Position numbers and translations under genes: made by a program. A DNA stretch of 64,000 bases, taken from NCBI GenBank assembly GCA_964630055.1, contig CAZVRA010000003.1:4443-68442 (forward strand), in the 5' to 3' direction. The notes under the pieces were generated by a model. The model had not been told where the DNA came from. It made no database searches and worked only from the letters and a program-made list of their open reading frames with translations. Numbering within the stretch: position 1 is the stretch's first letter; every line of letters starts with the position of its first letter. The DNA comes from an uncultured Candidatus Saccharibacteria bacterium (lineage in GTDB: Bacteria; Patescibacteriota; Saccharimonadia; Saccharimonadales; CAZVRA01). Shown in pieces: positions 1 to 8,727 of the stretch.

Positions 1-1005
1 TTGATCTTTAAGAATAATTAAACCGACATCTTTGGTCTCGTAGGTAGGCAGGCCTTGTTGGTTTATAAATACTCGAGTGTGTAGGCCGTAAGGTTCGCCT
101 TCGAAGATTACGGCGCCAGCCGATTCTTTAAACACACCTTTGGCGAGTTGTTGCTTAACTACCTCTAGGCCAATACCGGCGGTTTGGCTCTCGGGGTAGT
201 ATTTGTCGAACTTGGTGCCAATCCGATCATAAAAAGCGTCGAAATATTCGTAGCTCCATTGACGGCACGTCCAATATATTTGAGCAAAAGGTGACGCATG
301 ATCTTGCTCTTGATGCAGGTCGTAAACTCGCTTGTTGAGATTGGTGATGGCTTGCTTGGCTTCTGGGTCGTCCTCGTATGCCTTTGTCCCGGACGCGTAA
401 GCAGCTGCCATCCATTCGGAGCGTTGGTTGGCGGGTATGGAGTCGAGTTTATCGGGGTTTTCTCCACCTAGTTCTTGTAGAATTGCCCACATGGTTTTGC
501 CAACGTGCAGGCCAACATCGCCGCCAAAATTGACTCTGTGAACCGTGGCCCCAGCGGATTGCAGTAAATTAGCCATAGCATCGCCCACTACACTGGTATA
601 TAGATGCCCGGCGTGCAAAACCTTAAACGGATTTGGATCGGAATATTCGGCCACTACTATTTTGCCTGCCCAGTTTTGATCCAGCTTGGTTGCTGCCAAG
701 ACCGCTTGCCAAAGCATTTCGTCGCTAAGACTAATGTTTATAAATCCGGGTCCAGCCACTGAGGCGCTTAATTTTGTGTTGTGGTCAGAGCTATGATTGT
801 TTTGGTTGATATGCTCAGCAATAGATTCGGCCAGCTGGCGAGGATTTTGACCTAATGGTTTGGCCAATTGCATGGCCACATTGGTGGTAAAGTCGCCAAA
901 TTGTGGTTCGGGTCGATTGAGCTGTATGTGTTGGCCTGTTGTTGCAGCCTGCCCACAAACTTGCTCAACAGCTGCCAGTACCGTTTGGTAAACTAGTTCC
1001 TGCAT
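1..1005 (-). CDS. argS: Arginine--tRNA ligase, N-terminal ~335 codons (gene continues beyond window start)
   Basis: Own minus-strand translation from ATG (cat at 1003-1005): MQELVYQTVLAAVEQ...FGDFTTNVAMQLAKPLGQNPRQLAESI (ArgS N-domain pattern), PNPFKVLHAGHLYTSVVGD (class I HIGH-type motif), RVNFGGDVGLHVGK. Absent from the ORF track because it is truncated at the window edge. Confidence 0.85.
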   Translation of the reverse strand, partial: MQELVYQTVLAAVEQVCGQAATTGQHIQLNRPEPQFGDFTTNVAMQLAKPLGQNPRQLAESIAEHINQNNHSSDHNTKLSASVAGPGFINISLSDEMLWQAVLAATKLDQNWAGKIVVAEYSDPNPFKVLHAGHLYTSVVGDAMANLLQSAGATVHRVNFGGDVGLHVGKTMWAILQELGGENPDKLDSIPANQRSEWMAAAYASGTKAYEDDPEAKQAITNLNKRVYDLHQEQDHASPFAQIYWTCRQWSYEYFDAFYDRIGTKFDKYYPESQTAGIGLEVVKQQLAKGVFKESAGAVIFEGEPYGLHTRVFINQQGLPTYETKDVGLIILKDQ

Positions 1006-1041
1006 CCCTCTATTTTAACCTGTTAGGGGTTTATCGGCTAG

Positions 1042-1713
1042 TTATTTTTTGGAGTCATAAGAACCAGCGCCAATTAATGGCCAAGCTTGAAGCAGGGCGC
1101 CATATAATGCGCACAACAAAAAGCAGAACAATACGCCAACTCCCAGCGCTTTGGTATTGGTTAGTATATCGGACACGTCAAAGGCCAAGGCAAAGGGGTT
1201 AACTATGATATCCCAGCTATTCCAGCGCAGGTAGCGGCCAATGTAGACGGCTATGCCAGAAACAAAAAATAGCCCCCCAATAGCGGTTAAACAATAAGCT
1301 TGTGGCCAATGACGAGCCGCTGCCTGGTGTACTCGTCTAACACTGGCTAGCCCCAGCAACAAGCCGGCATTGGCAAAACTTAGCAGCATGACGGAATCAA
1401 AAAGTACTGTCTGGCTGCTGGAGCGACCAATATGAATCAGGTCGGTTACTATGTAAAAGCTGTTTGGCAGTAGAGCAATAAACAAAAAGCTACTAATTGC
1501 TACCAACCATTTATGGGTCATGCCCTGGCGCTTGAGCTGGCTGGCCAAAAAATATGCTAACGGCACTGGCAACCAGGCCAACAGCAAGTTCCATCCCATA
1601 AACCAATACGTCCAAGTATTTAGAGATGTAATACGGATTGCTAACAGGCCGACTGATAGGATGCTCAACGACAGAAGCGCTCTGAGCGGCCGTGATTGAA
1701 TAAACCGTGTCAT
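1042..1713 (-). CDS. Integral membrane protein, DUF1361-like
   Basis: 223 aa with multiple hydrophobic helices and a C-terminal GRYLRWNSWD motif typical of DUF1361. TATACT (1721-1726) lies 7 nt upstream of the ATG. Confidence 0.6.
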   Translation of the reverse strand: MTRFIQSRPLRALLSLSILSVGLLAIRITSLNTWTYWFMGWNLLLAWLPVPLAYFLASQLKRQGMTHKWLVAISSFLFIALLPNSFYIVTDLIHIGRSSSQTVLFDSVMLLSFANAGLLLGLASVRRVHQAAARHWPQAYCLTAIGGLFFVSGIAVYIGRYLRWNSWDIIVNPFALAFDVSDILTNTKALGVGVLFCFLLCALYGALLQAWPLIGAGSYDSKK

Positions 1714-1753
1714 AATATATAGTATACTCTACTACAGAGAGGATGAGCATATC

Positions 1754-2395
1754 GTGCAACTGTTGCAACCAATAGAACAAGCTCTAGACAGTATCCGTCA
1801 GCCAATTAGACGAGTGGTTGGAATTATGGCTGTTTGGTTGAATCGACTTTCTGGTGGTCGAATAACACCAAGGTCAATAACCTTAATTGGCTTGGCGGCT
1901 CATCTGCCCGTAGCTTGGGCGATTGCTACGAGGCACAATGTTTGGGCCGCCGGCTTGCTAGCGTTTTTTGGCTTATTCGATACTCTGGACGGCAGTCTGG
2001 CGCGTTTACAGAACCGCAGCAGCGCTGCTGGCATGCTGCTTGATGCTACAACGGATCGCTTTAAAGAAGTTATGATTTACTGCGGTGCTGCTTATGCTTT
2101 AGTTCAAACTGGTTATGGATCCTGGGTACCCTGGTCGGTAGCGGCTTGCGGTGCGTCACTTTCGGTAAGCTACATCAAGGCTAAAGGAGAAATGGCGGTA
2201 AAAAATCGCAAATTAACCCCCAACCAGTTAAACCGATTGTTTGCCGACGGTATTATGCGCTTTGAAGTTCGCATGAGTGTACTTTTTGCAGCTTTGTTGC
2301 TAAACAGATTAATAGAAGGTTTGGTGTTTATCGCTGTGGCTAGCGCCTTAACTGCTGTCGGTCGGCTAGTAAAAATAAGCCGAGTTTTGCAATGA
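1754..2395 (+). CDS. CDP-alcohol phosphatidyltransferase family protein
   Basis: Complete family signature DTLDGSLAR-x8-G-x3-D-x3-D (FDTLDGSLARLQNRSSAAGMLLDATTDR). Polytopic membrane protein with a GTG start preceded by AGAGGA. Confidence 0.9.
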   Translation: MQLLQPIEQALDSIRQPIRRVVGIMAVWLNRLSGGRITPRSITLIGLAAHLPVAWAIATRHNVWAAGLLAFFGLFDTLDGSLARLQNRSSAAGMLLDATTDRFKEVMIYCGAAYALVQTGYGSWVPWSVAACGASLSVSYIKAKGEMAVKNRKLTPNQLNRLFADGIMRFEVRMSVLFAALLLNRLIEGLVFIAVASALTAVGRLVKISRVLQ

Positions 2396-3045
2396 TAAAA
2401 ATTGATCTACATACTCACTCTAGCGCTTCGCATGACGGCGGTATTACGGCCGAGGAATATATGCACGTACTGGAAAATGGCCAGCTAGACTATATTGCAA
2501 TAACCGACCACGATACCATCAGTATGGCTCGCAAACTACAGCAGTCTATTGGTAGCAAAATAATCATTGGCGAAGAAATATCTACGCTGCAAGGTGACCT
2601 GGTTGGTCTATTTTTGTATCAGGCCGTTAAGCCGGGGATGACGGCCCTGGAAACTGCCCAAGCAATTTCTAGCCAGGGCGGATTGGTCTATGTGCCTCAT
2701 CCATTCGAAACTTTGCGCAAAGGGCTAACCCAGGATGTTCTAGACGCCATTCGGGATGAAGTTCATATTGTAGAGGTCCATAATGGTCGGGCGGTTTTTC
2801 AGAACAAAGGGTCTGAGGCATTTTTGTGGACCCGATTACACAACAAAGTTGGCGCTGCCAGCAGTGATGCTCATGGGCTTAAAGGTCTAGGCACAACTTA
2901 TAGTCAGATTCGCAAAGCACCTACGGCAGATAATTTGTTGGAGCAGCTTAGTAAGGCCCATTATTCTGTGCGGCGCCCACCGCTAACTAGCTTGCTATAT
3001 CCCAAATATCACACTTTAAGGCATAAATTTCGGGGTAAAAAATGA
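2392..3045 (+). CDS. PHP-domain metal-dependent phosphoesterase
   Basis: IDLHTHSSASHDG (HxH), ITDHD, VPHPFE, SDAHG metal-ligand pattern. The ATGA overlaps the upstream stop (2392-2395). Confidence 0.8.
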   Translation: MIKIDLHTHSSASHDGGITAEEYMHVLENGQLDYIAITDHDTISMARKLQQSIGSKIIIGEEISTLQGDLVGLFLYQAVKPGMTALETAQAISSQGGLVYVPHPFETLRKGLTQDVLDAIRDEVHIVEVHNGRAVFQNKGSEAFLWTRLHNKVGAASSDAHGLKGLGTTYSQIRKAPTADNLLEQLSKAHYSVRRPPLTSLLYPKYHTLRHKFRGKK

Positions 3046-3057
3046 TTTGCAATAAAG

Positions 3058-3594
3058 GTGCGCGCTAAAATGTGGCATGATTTTTGGTTGGCATTTTGGT
3101 TTTTCTTGCCGGCTGGCCTTGCCAATATGGCACCAGTTTTGGCTAGTAAGCTGCCGGTAATTAGTCGCTGGAAAACACCTCTGGATGGTGCAAAAAAATT
3201 CCGCGGCCATCGCGTTTTGGGCGACAACAAAACTTGGCGAGGCCTGTGCAGTGGCGCAGTGTTAGCTGCGGCTTTGGGCTGGCCAATTTTTGCTTGGTTG
3301 GGGTTGTCGCTCGATCGGGGTAACTATTTATTGCTTGGTGCTGCTATGGGTATTGGTGCGCTTTTAGGTGACGCCGTCGAGAGTTTTTTCAAGCGCCAGT
3401 TTCAGGTGGCTCCGGGCGATAGCTGGTTCCCTTTTGACCAAATCGATTACATCATCGGCGGTTTACTGGCCAGCCTTTTGTTTGTTCGCTTACCTTGGAA
3501 TATCTATATTTTAGTAACAGTTTTGTATTTTGGCTTGCATTTAACAGTCAGCTACATTGGCTTTTTGCTGCATTTTAAGGACAAGCCAATCTAA
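3058..3594 (+). CDS. CarS/DUF46-like CDP-lipid synthase (CTP:lipid-phosphate cytidylyltransferase family)
   Basis: Membrane protein with FFLPAGLANMAPVLA, PLDGAKKFRGHRVLGDNKTWRG and GDAVESFFKRQ motifs resembling CDP-archaeol synthase family proteins. An alternative ATG start at 3070 is preceded by AAGGTG. Confidence 0.6.
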   Translation: MRAKMWHDFWLAFWFFLPAGLANMAPVLASKLPVISRWKTPLDGAKKFRGHRVLGDNKTWRGLCSGAVLAAALGWPIFAWLGLSLDRGNYLLLGAAMGIGALLGDAVESFFKRQFQVAPGDSWFPFDQIDYIIGGLLASLLFVRLPWNIYILVTVLYFGLHLTVSYIGFLLHFKDKPI

Positions 3595-3600
3595 GCTAAA

Positions 3601-4632
3601 TTAGGCAGCCAGTGCGGCCTTGAGCTTGGTTATTAGTTCCACTGGCGCCGGATCGACACCATTTAATAGGGCTAGGTAGAGGCTGGTAAAGTCGCCCAAG
3701 GTAATTAGCCAAAGCAGGGTTTGCAGTACAGATTCGCCCTGCGCCTGGATGACAATTGGAGCTGGTCTCATGCCAGATAGCAATTGGGCGCTGAGTTCGA
3801 ATCGTTTTTGAACTCTAGAATTTTCTAGATGAGATCGCAGGTCAATTACAGCGTAAGGTTTTTTAATGGGGTGGCTGCTCCAGCCTAAAAATTCGTTGTG
3901 GTTGAATTCGGGTAGCCGCCCACACCAAGCAACTGTTTTGGAGTTTTCGTTGTAGTTGATTTTCCATTTGTAGGCGGCCGGAAATGTTAATGGTCCACCG
4001 TAAACAACAATTGATTTTCCGACTAGTTCTTGGGCTATCTGCTTGGCGTAATTATTGGCTGTGGGTACTTCTGGCTGCCAACTTGCCTGTTGTTCGGATA
4101 GCCAAGCGGCGCTAGCGGTTAGTTCGGCCGCCTTGGCCGCGGGAACTAAGCCGGCTTGTGTAAATATTGTCACTAAAGCAGTTAGGTTATAAAAAATCGC
4201 CATTCTTGGTTGCAACCCAGCTGGAATAATAAACACTGGGTAGTTTTTTTCTTCGGCTATTTTGGCCAGTCGCCCGCCAGCGGTGATAATTATGATTTGG
4301 GCGCCAGTAGTTTCGGCAGCGGCTAAGGCAGCCAAAGTTTCTTCAGTATTGCCAGAATAACTCGAGGCAATAAACAAGCTCTTTTCGTCGACAAAAGCAG
4401 GTATGGTATATTCTCGCACTACTTGATACGGCACGCTCAAGCCGGGCCACACTTTTACAATGTCGGCTGCTAAGGCAGATCCACCCATGCCGGCTATGAC
4501 TACATGAGCATAATCTTTTTTGGGTACATGAACACTTTGGTAGTTGTATTGTAGTTGGTGCCATTGTTTGGCGGCAACACCAAGCGAATCGGTAGTATCT
4601 TTTTGATGAATAAACTTTAGGTCGTCTAGCAT
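3601..4632 (-). CDS. Bifunctional phosphoglucose/phosphomannose isomerase (SIS domain, archaeal-type PGI/PMI)
   Basis: 343 aa. SIS motif VVIAGMGGSALAADIV, SYSGNTEET, C-terminal NHNEFLGW pattern. SD AAGGGAG upstream. Confidence 0.8.
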   Translation of the reverse strand: MLDDLKFIHQKDTTDSLGVAAKQWHQLQYNYQSVHVPKKDYAHVVIAGMGGSALAADIVKVWPGLSVPYQVVREYTIPAFVDEKSLFIASSYSGNTEETLAALAAAETTGAQIIIITAGGRLAKIAEEKNYPVFIIPAGLQPRMAIFYNLTALVTIFTQAGLVPAAKAAELTASAAWLSEQQASWQPEVPTANNYAKQIAQELVGKSIVVYGGPLTFPAAYKWKINYNENSKTVAWCGRLPEFNHNEFLGWSSHPIKKPYAVIDLRSHLENSRVQKRFELSAQLLSGMRPAPIVIQAQGESVLQTLLWLITLGDFTSLYLALLNGVDPAPVELITKLKAALAA

Positions 4633-4751
4633 TTTTGGCTCCCTTTACGTTGCTTAGTATACGCTATCGTTAGCAGTGCAAAAAGTTTGCTCTTTGGTTT
4701 GCGCTTATGCTATAGTAGGCGCAGAAATTGTAAATACCTAAAGGGGGTGGT

Positions 4752-5453
4752 ATGTTCGACGAAAGTACTCAAAATGGTCCGACCGGCGCAGGCGGAGTAA
4801 TCGCGCCCACTAATCCTAATCCGGTCGCCGATGCCACTACTGCTGCCACACCAGCCACAGATGCAGACACCAATGCCAGCCTAGATGCTGCAACCCCCGA
4901 GAGCGCACCCTCTGCTCCAGCGGTTGACCCCTCTTTTAATGCTACATCTGTACCTTCTCTTGACGGCTTAGCGACTCCATCCGACGCTGGCACTTCGGCG
5001 GCAGCCGTTGCCGATGTTATCACTAACGACACGCCCAATACTAGTTTGCCAGATATCGGCGGTATCGGAATGGCCTCTAGCCCAATTGTAGACAATTCTA
5101 CTGCCACCAACCAGAGTTCATCCACAGATGCCGGACTCCCTGATCTTAGTCAGACACTTGGCGAATCAGCCGCTAATAATGCTACTAACTCTACTGGCGA
5201 TTCTGGTCTGGTTAACATTAAGCAACAGGCTTTACAAAGTTTGTCACCCTTGTTGAATCATTTAGACCAAACTCCAGAAGAAAAGTTCCGCACCACAATG
5301 ATGCTAATTCAGGCTAGCGACGATCAAAGCTTAGTGCAGTCGGCTTACGACGCGGCGCAGGCAATTACCGACGAAAAAGCCAAGGCTCAGGCCCTACTCG
5401 ACGTAGTTAACGAAATCAATTATTTCACTCAGCACGGTTCGGGCGCTAAATAA
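4752..5453 (+). CDS. Hypothetical protein: ~165-aa Ala/Thr/Ser/Pro/Asn-rich disordered N-terminus plus ~65-aa helical C-terminal domain
   Basis: Strong SD (AAAGGGGGTGG) 3-5 nt before the ATG. No recognisable catalytic motif. Confidence 0.6.
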   Translation: MFDESTQNGPTGAGGVIAPTNPNPVADATTAATPATDADTNASLDAATPESAPSAPAVDPSFNATSVPSLDGLATPSDAGTSAAAVADVITNDTPNTSLPDIGGIGMASSPIVDNSTATNQSSSTDAGLPDLSQTLGESAANNATNSTGDSGLVNIKQQALQSLSPLLNHLDQTPEEKFRTTMMLIQASDDQSLVQSAYDAAQAITDEKAKAQALLDVVNEINYFTQHGSGAK

Positions 5454-5495
5454 GTATATAAACCAGCCCCACAAACCTAGCCGCAAAATACATCC

Positions 5496-5524
5496 TTGAT
5501 TTGATTAGTTACATCTGTTATAGT
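5496..5524 (+). promoter_or_regulatory. Putative sigma-70 promoter of rpsT (TTGATT-17 nt-TATAGT)
   Basis: TTGATT at 5496-5501 and TATAGT at 5519-5524, with a 17-nt spacer. Confidence 0.4.
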
Positions 5525-5548
5525 ATTGCTGATCACAAGATTAATCGG

Positions 5549-5571
5549 TAGCCCATGGTTGCATTGGGCTA
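5549..5571 (+). promoter_or_regulatory. Hairpin in the rpsT 5' leader (7-bp stem TAGCCCA/TGGGCTA, 9-nt loop)
   Basis: Perfect inverted repeat between the putative promoter and the rpsT SD (AAGGAG). Confidence 0.3.
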
Positions 5572-5617
5572 GCTAATAAACCGAAGCTCAAGGCTAATCA
5601 CAGGTAAAAGGAGCATT

Positions 5618-5977
5618 ATGCCAATTATTAAATCAGCGAAAAAGCGTGTTAAGGTAGCTAAAAAAGCCGCTATTCGCAACAGTAAAACCAAACGCGCCCT
5701 GCGCAGCTCGATCAAAGCTTTTGTGGCTAACCTGGGCAGTGATGATGCCCGTGCCGCACAAAGTGCTCTAGATAAAGCAGTTAAGAAGGGTGTTATTCAC
5801 AAGAACAAAGCTGCGCGCAAGCAGCGACAAATAGCGACTAAAGCTAAAGCAGCCGGCACTAAGGTCGAAAAATCTACAGCCAAAAAAACAACCGCAAAAG
5901 CTGCCCCCAAAAAAGTCACAAAGGCAACAACTAAACCCGCAGCCAAAACAACCAAAAAAGCTGTCAAAAAAAGCTGA
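5618..5977 (+). CDS. rpsT: 30S ribosomal protein S20 with Lys/Ala/Thr-rich C-terminal extension
   Basis: MPIIKSAKKRVKVAKKAAIRNSKTKRALRSSIKAF is a canonical S20 N-terminus. The last ~35 aa are AKKTTAKAAPKKVTKATTKPAAKTTKKAVKKS. Confidence 0.95.
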   Translation: MPIIKSAKKRVKVAKKAAIRNSKTKRALRSSIKAFVANLGSDDARAAQSALDKAVKKGVIHKNKAARKQRQIATKAKAAGTKVEKSTAKKTTAKAAPKKVTKATTKPAAKTTKKAVKKS

Positions 5978-6932
5978 CTCTAACCTGCTGGTATCGGCTT
6001 TGGCGGCCAAGCGTTTGGCCACAAGTTAATAAGAAAGTTTGCATGGCACCGTCGGCATCGATAGTTCGGCTTTTGAGTGCAATGTCTAGATCTAGAGTAG
6101 ACTTTAGCAAATCTTTTAGTGCTGAAACGCTGATATTTTGAGCCGCAGATTGGCTTTTTTTGAGGACATAAGGATTGCAGCCTGCCGCCCTGGCAATATC
6201 ATCTAAACTCAAGCCATTAGCAGTTTTTAATAGGGCCAAAATATGCAATTGCCAAGCTAGCATACCTAAGATGGCTTGCGGTTCAACTTTTAGCTGTCGC
6301 TGTTGGCCGTAAAGGGCCATGGCTTGCTTGATGTTGCCGGCTAACAAGGCCTCGATCAAATTAAAAACAGTGCTCTGAGGCGTTGGGCTAACAAGCAGAT
6401 CAATGGTTTGTATGCTAATATTTGGCCGATATAACAACAAAACATCTAATGCTTGTGCAACCGCCTGCTGATTATTGCCCAGCCGGCCAATAAGATGGCG
6501 GCTGGCCACTGGATCTAGCTTGCCGCCGCGCTCTTTAACATATTTTTGCGACCAGGTTGCAAGACTGGCTTCGTTGGGCTGTAAAAACTCGCGTAGATTG
6601 GTTTGTTTTTTTAGGGCCTTATACAGGCCGGTTCGTTTATCGAAATGCTTCTGGACAAAAATAATCTCGATGTCGTCGCTATCGTAACTTAAAATTGTTT
6701 CTATGTTGTCGGCTAGTTGCTTGTTGGCGCCGGGCTCGTAAATAATAACTAGCTTATTGGCTGCAAATAGGCCGGTCGATTGGAGCGCCGTGGCTATTGT
6801 GGCGTAGTCGGTGGTTTGTGCATCGAATTTTTCTGTGGCTAGATTGCCGTGTTTGGCCGCAAAGTTGCTGATTTGTGTCTTGAGCGTTTGCTGTAGTTCG
6901 TAGATATTATCGCCGGTTAAAGTTGTGATCAT
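5964..6932 (-). CDS. holA: DNA polymerase III subunit delta
   Basis: 322 aa. N-terminal LTGDN...L pattern and overall helical clamp-loader delta architecture. Start overlaps the mutM stop. Confidence 0.7.
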   Translation of the reverse strand: MITTLTGDNIYELQQTLKTQISNFAAKHGNLATEKFDAQTTDYATIATALQSTGLFAANKLVIIYEPGANKQLADNIETILSYDSDDIEIIFVQKHFDKRTGLYKALKKQTNLREFLQPNEASLATWSQKYVKERGGKLDPVASRHLIGRLGNNQQAVAQALDVLLLYRPNISIQTIDLLVSPTPQSTVFNLIEALLAGNIKQAMALYGQQRQLKVEPQAILGMLAWQLHILALLKTANGLSLDDIARAAGCNPYVLKKSQSAAQNISVSALKDLLKSTLDLDIALKSRTIDADGAMQTFLLTCGQTLGRQSRYQQVRVSFF

Positions 6933-7834
6933 GACCTATCTTCCTGGAGTTTTTGGCAATTTAAGCATAAATGGGTGCCGCGACCAGCCGAACGAATTTT
7001 GACTACTAACTCATTGCAGCGCGGGCAAGCCTGACCTTCGCGCCTAAAAACGCGGGCAAATGTTAGGTAGCTGCCCTTTTTGCCTTCGGCATCAACATAG
7101 TTGCGATCTGTTGAACCACCCTTTTGTATCGACAGCTTCAAAACTGCCACTATTTCTTTGTGCAATTTTTTAATTTGGCTGGTGCTAAGATTGCCAGCCC
7201 GTGTTTCTGGATGAATTTGAGCGGCCCATAACGATTCGTCGGCATAAATATTGCCAACACCAACTAAAATAGTTTGGTCTAAAATTACTGCTTTAACTTT
7301 GCTGCGCGGACGGCGGGCTAAACGCTTGGCTAAAACCTGCCAAGTAAAGCCGGCTTCTAGCGGTTCGGGGCCAAGGCGTTTTATAAAATCTAACTCATCC
7401 AATTGGTTGGTTGGCACTAAGCGCAGCCAACCAAATTTACGTTGGTCGTTAAAAAACAAGTTCGACCCATCGGTAAAAGCAAGAATTACTCTAGTAGAAC
7501 GATCTGGCAGATGGCCGATAAGGCTGTCGTTGGGATGGCCAGCCCCAAATCTTTCTGGTTTGTGCGCTCCGACTTTGGGCTGACCAACAAAAACTAGTTG
7601 GCCGGTCATTTTTAGGTGACAAGCTAGGGTGTAGCCGCTAGATAGTTGTATAAGCAGGACTTTACCGCGGCGGAGCACATCTGTTACTTGGCTGCCAATA
7701 AGGTAATTGGCGATATCGGCTGGTGCGTTGGGGAAGCTTTTGGGCCAGCTGTAGGACGCATTATCAATAACCCGACCAACTATTAAATCGGCTAAACCAC
7801 GTCGGACTGTCTCAACTTCTGGCAGTTCTGGCAC
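6929..7834 (-). CDS. mutM: Formamidopyrimidine-DNA glycosylase
   Basis: MPELPEVETVRRGL N-terminus (GTG start). C-terminal zinc finger CPRC...CLNC. Confidence 0.95.
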   Translation of the reverse strand: MPELPEVETVRRGLADLIVGRVIDNASYSWPKSFPNAPADIANYLIGSQVTDVLRRGKVLLIQLSSGYTLACHLKMTGQLVFVGQPKVGAHKPERFGAGHPNDSLIGHLPDRSTRVILAFTDGSNLFFNDQRKFGWLRLVPTNQLDELDFIKRLGPEPLEAGFTWQVLAKRLARRPRSKVKAVILDQTILVGVGNIYADESLWAAQIHPETRAGNLSTSQIKKLHKEIVAVLKLSIQKGGSTDRNYVDAEGKKGSYLTFARVFRREGQACPRCNELVVKIRSAGRGTHLCLNCQKLQEDRS

Positions 7835-7919
7835 GCAAACCTCGCTACATTATGTTCGTATTATAGCCTACAAGGCTTTGGTTGCTGGTTGTAGAGCTAA
7901 CAACGTGTATCATATAGAT

Positions 7920-8156
7920 ATGAGCGAAGCCATTGCCGACATACTAAATAGATTTAGCGGGCAACCGCCAGAGGTGGCGGCTGTCAAGAACTACGTGCAT
8001 AAAAAATTTGGCAGCAAGGTGAGTGTGCGTCTTAACGATGGTCAAGTAATTATCTTGGCATCTAGTGCCGCTTTGGCTGGTAGGTTGAGGCTAGACTTGC
8101 CGGTTTTGCAAAAAGCAGTTGGTTTAAAAAAACGCCCAACACTACGCATTGGCTAG
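7920..8156 (+). CDS. Small protein, tentatively DUF721/DciA-like
   Basis: MSEAIADILNRF...VIILASSAALAGRLRLDLPVLQKAVG resembles the DUF721 pattern. The ATG at 7920 lies 6 nt after TATCAT (7908-7913). The ORF track starts earlier, at 7878. Confidence 0.45.
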   Translation: MSEAIADILNRFSGQPPEVAAVKNYVHKKFGSKVSVRLNDGQVIILASSAALAGRLRLDLPVLQKAVGLKKRPTLRIG

Positions 8157-8714
8157 CATGCGGTCTAGGTCGGCCTTGCACTGCTTTGTATTTAAAAAGC
8201 ATACCGATTTTAATCCAACAGCTTCGGCGGCGTCGCAGTAGCCTTGTCTGTCGTCAATCATGACGGCATCTTTTGGTTGTACGCCTAATTTTTGGCAAGC
8301 AATTTCAAAAATTTGTCTGTCTGGTTTGGTCACGCCAACTTCGAACGACAGAATCATTTGGTCAAAAAGCTGTTGCTCTTTGGCGGTCAAAAAGCTCTCC
8401 CTAACCCAGTTACTGCCCACATTGCTAAGCAGCCCAATTTTATAACGGGGCTTTAGGGTTTTTATATAATCCAGCAACTGGGTATTTTTATTGCTATCTG
8501 AACTAAAAATTTGCTGGACTTCTTTTAGGCTTCGGCCAGTCAAAGTGTGCACTTGCTCTATAAAATCATTTTGCGAAATATGGTTAGCATCAAAAGCATG
8601 ATTTAGATATTTTAGCTGTTCTAACATTGGCCCGGGTGGAATGTCGGCACAAAATTCGAGCCATGGATCGGTTGTTAGGACACCAAAGCAATCAAAGATT
8701 ATAGCTTTTATCAT
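8142..8714 (-). CDS. HAD-superfamily hydrolase (subfamily IA-like)
   Basis: MIKAIIFDCFGVLT (motif I variant), LLSNVG (motif II), MIDDRQ (motif IV). Confidence 0.85.
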   Translation of the reverse strand: MIKAIIFDCFGVLTTDPWLEFCADIPPGPMLEQLKYLNHAFDANHISQNDFIEQVHTLTGRSLKEVQQIFSSDSNKNTQLLDYIKTLKPRYKIGLLSNVGSNWVRESFLTAKEQQLFDQMILSFEVGVTKPDRQIFEIACQKLGVQPKDAVMIDDRQGYCDAAEAVGLKSVCFLNTKQCKADLDRMLANA

Positions 8715-8727
8715 GAGTATATTATAG

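Noticed and set aside
165-467. Two minus-strand ORFs (100 aa and 62 aa) listed in the ORF track near the window start.
   Set aside because: They are out of frame with the clear argS reading frame that I translated through this region (1-1005, minus).
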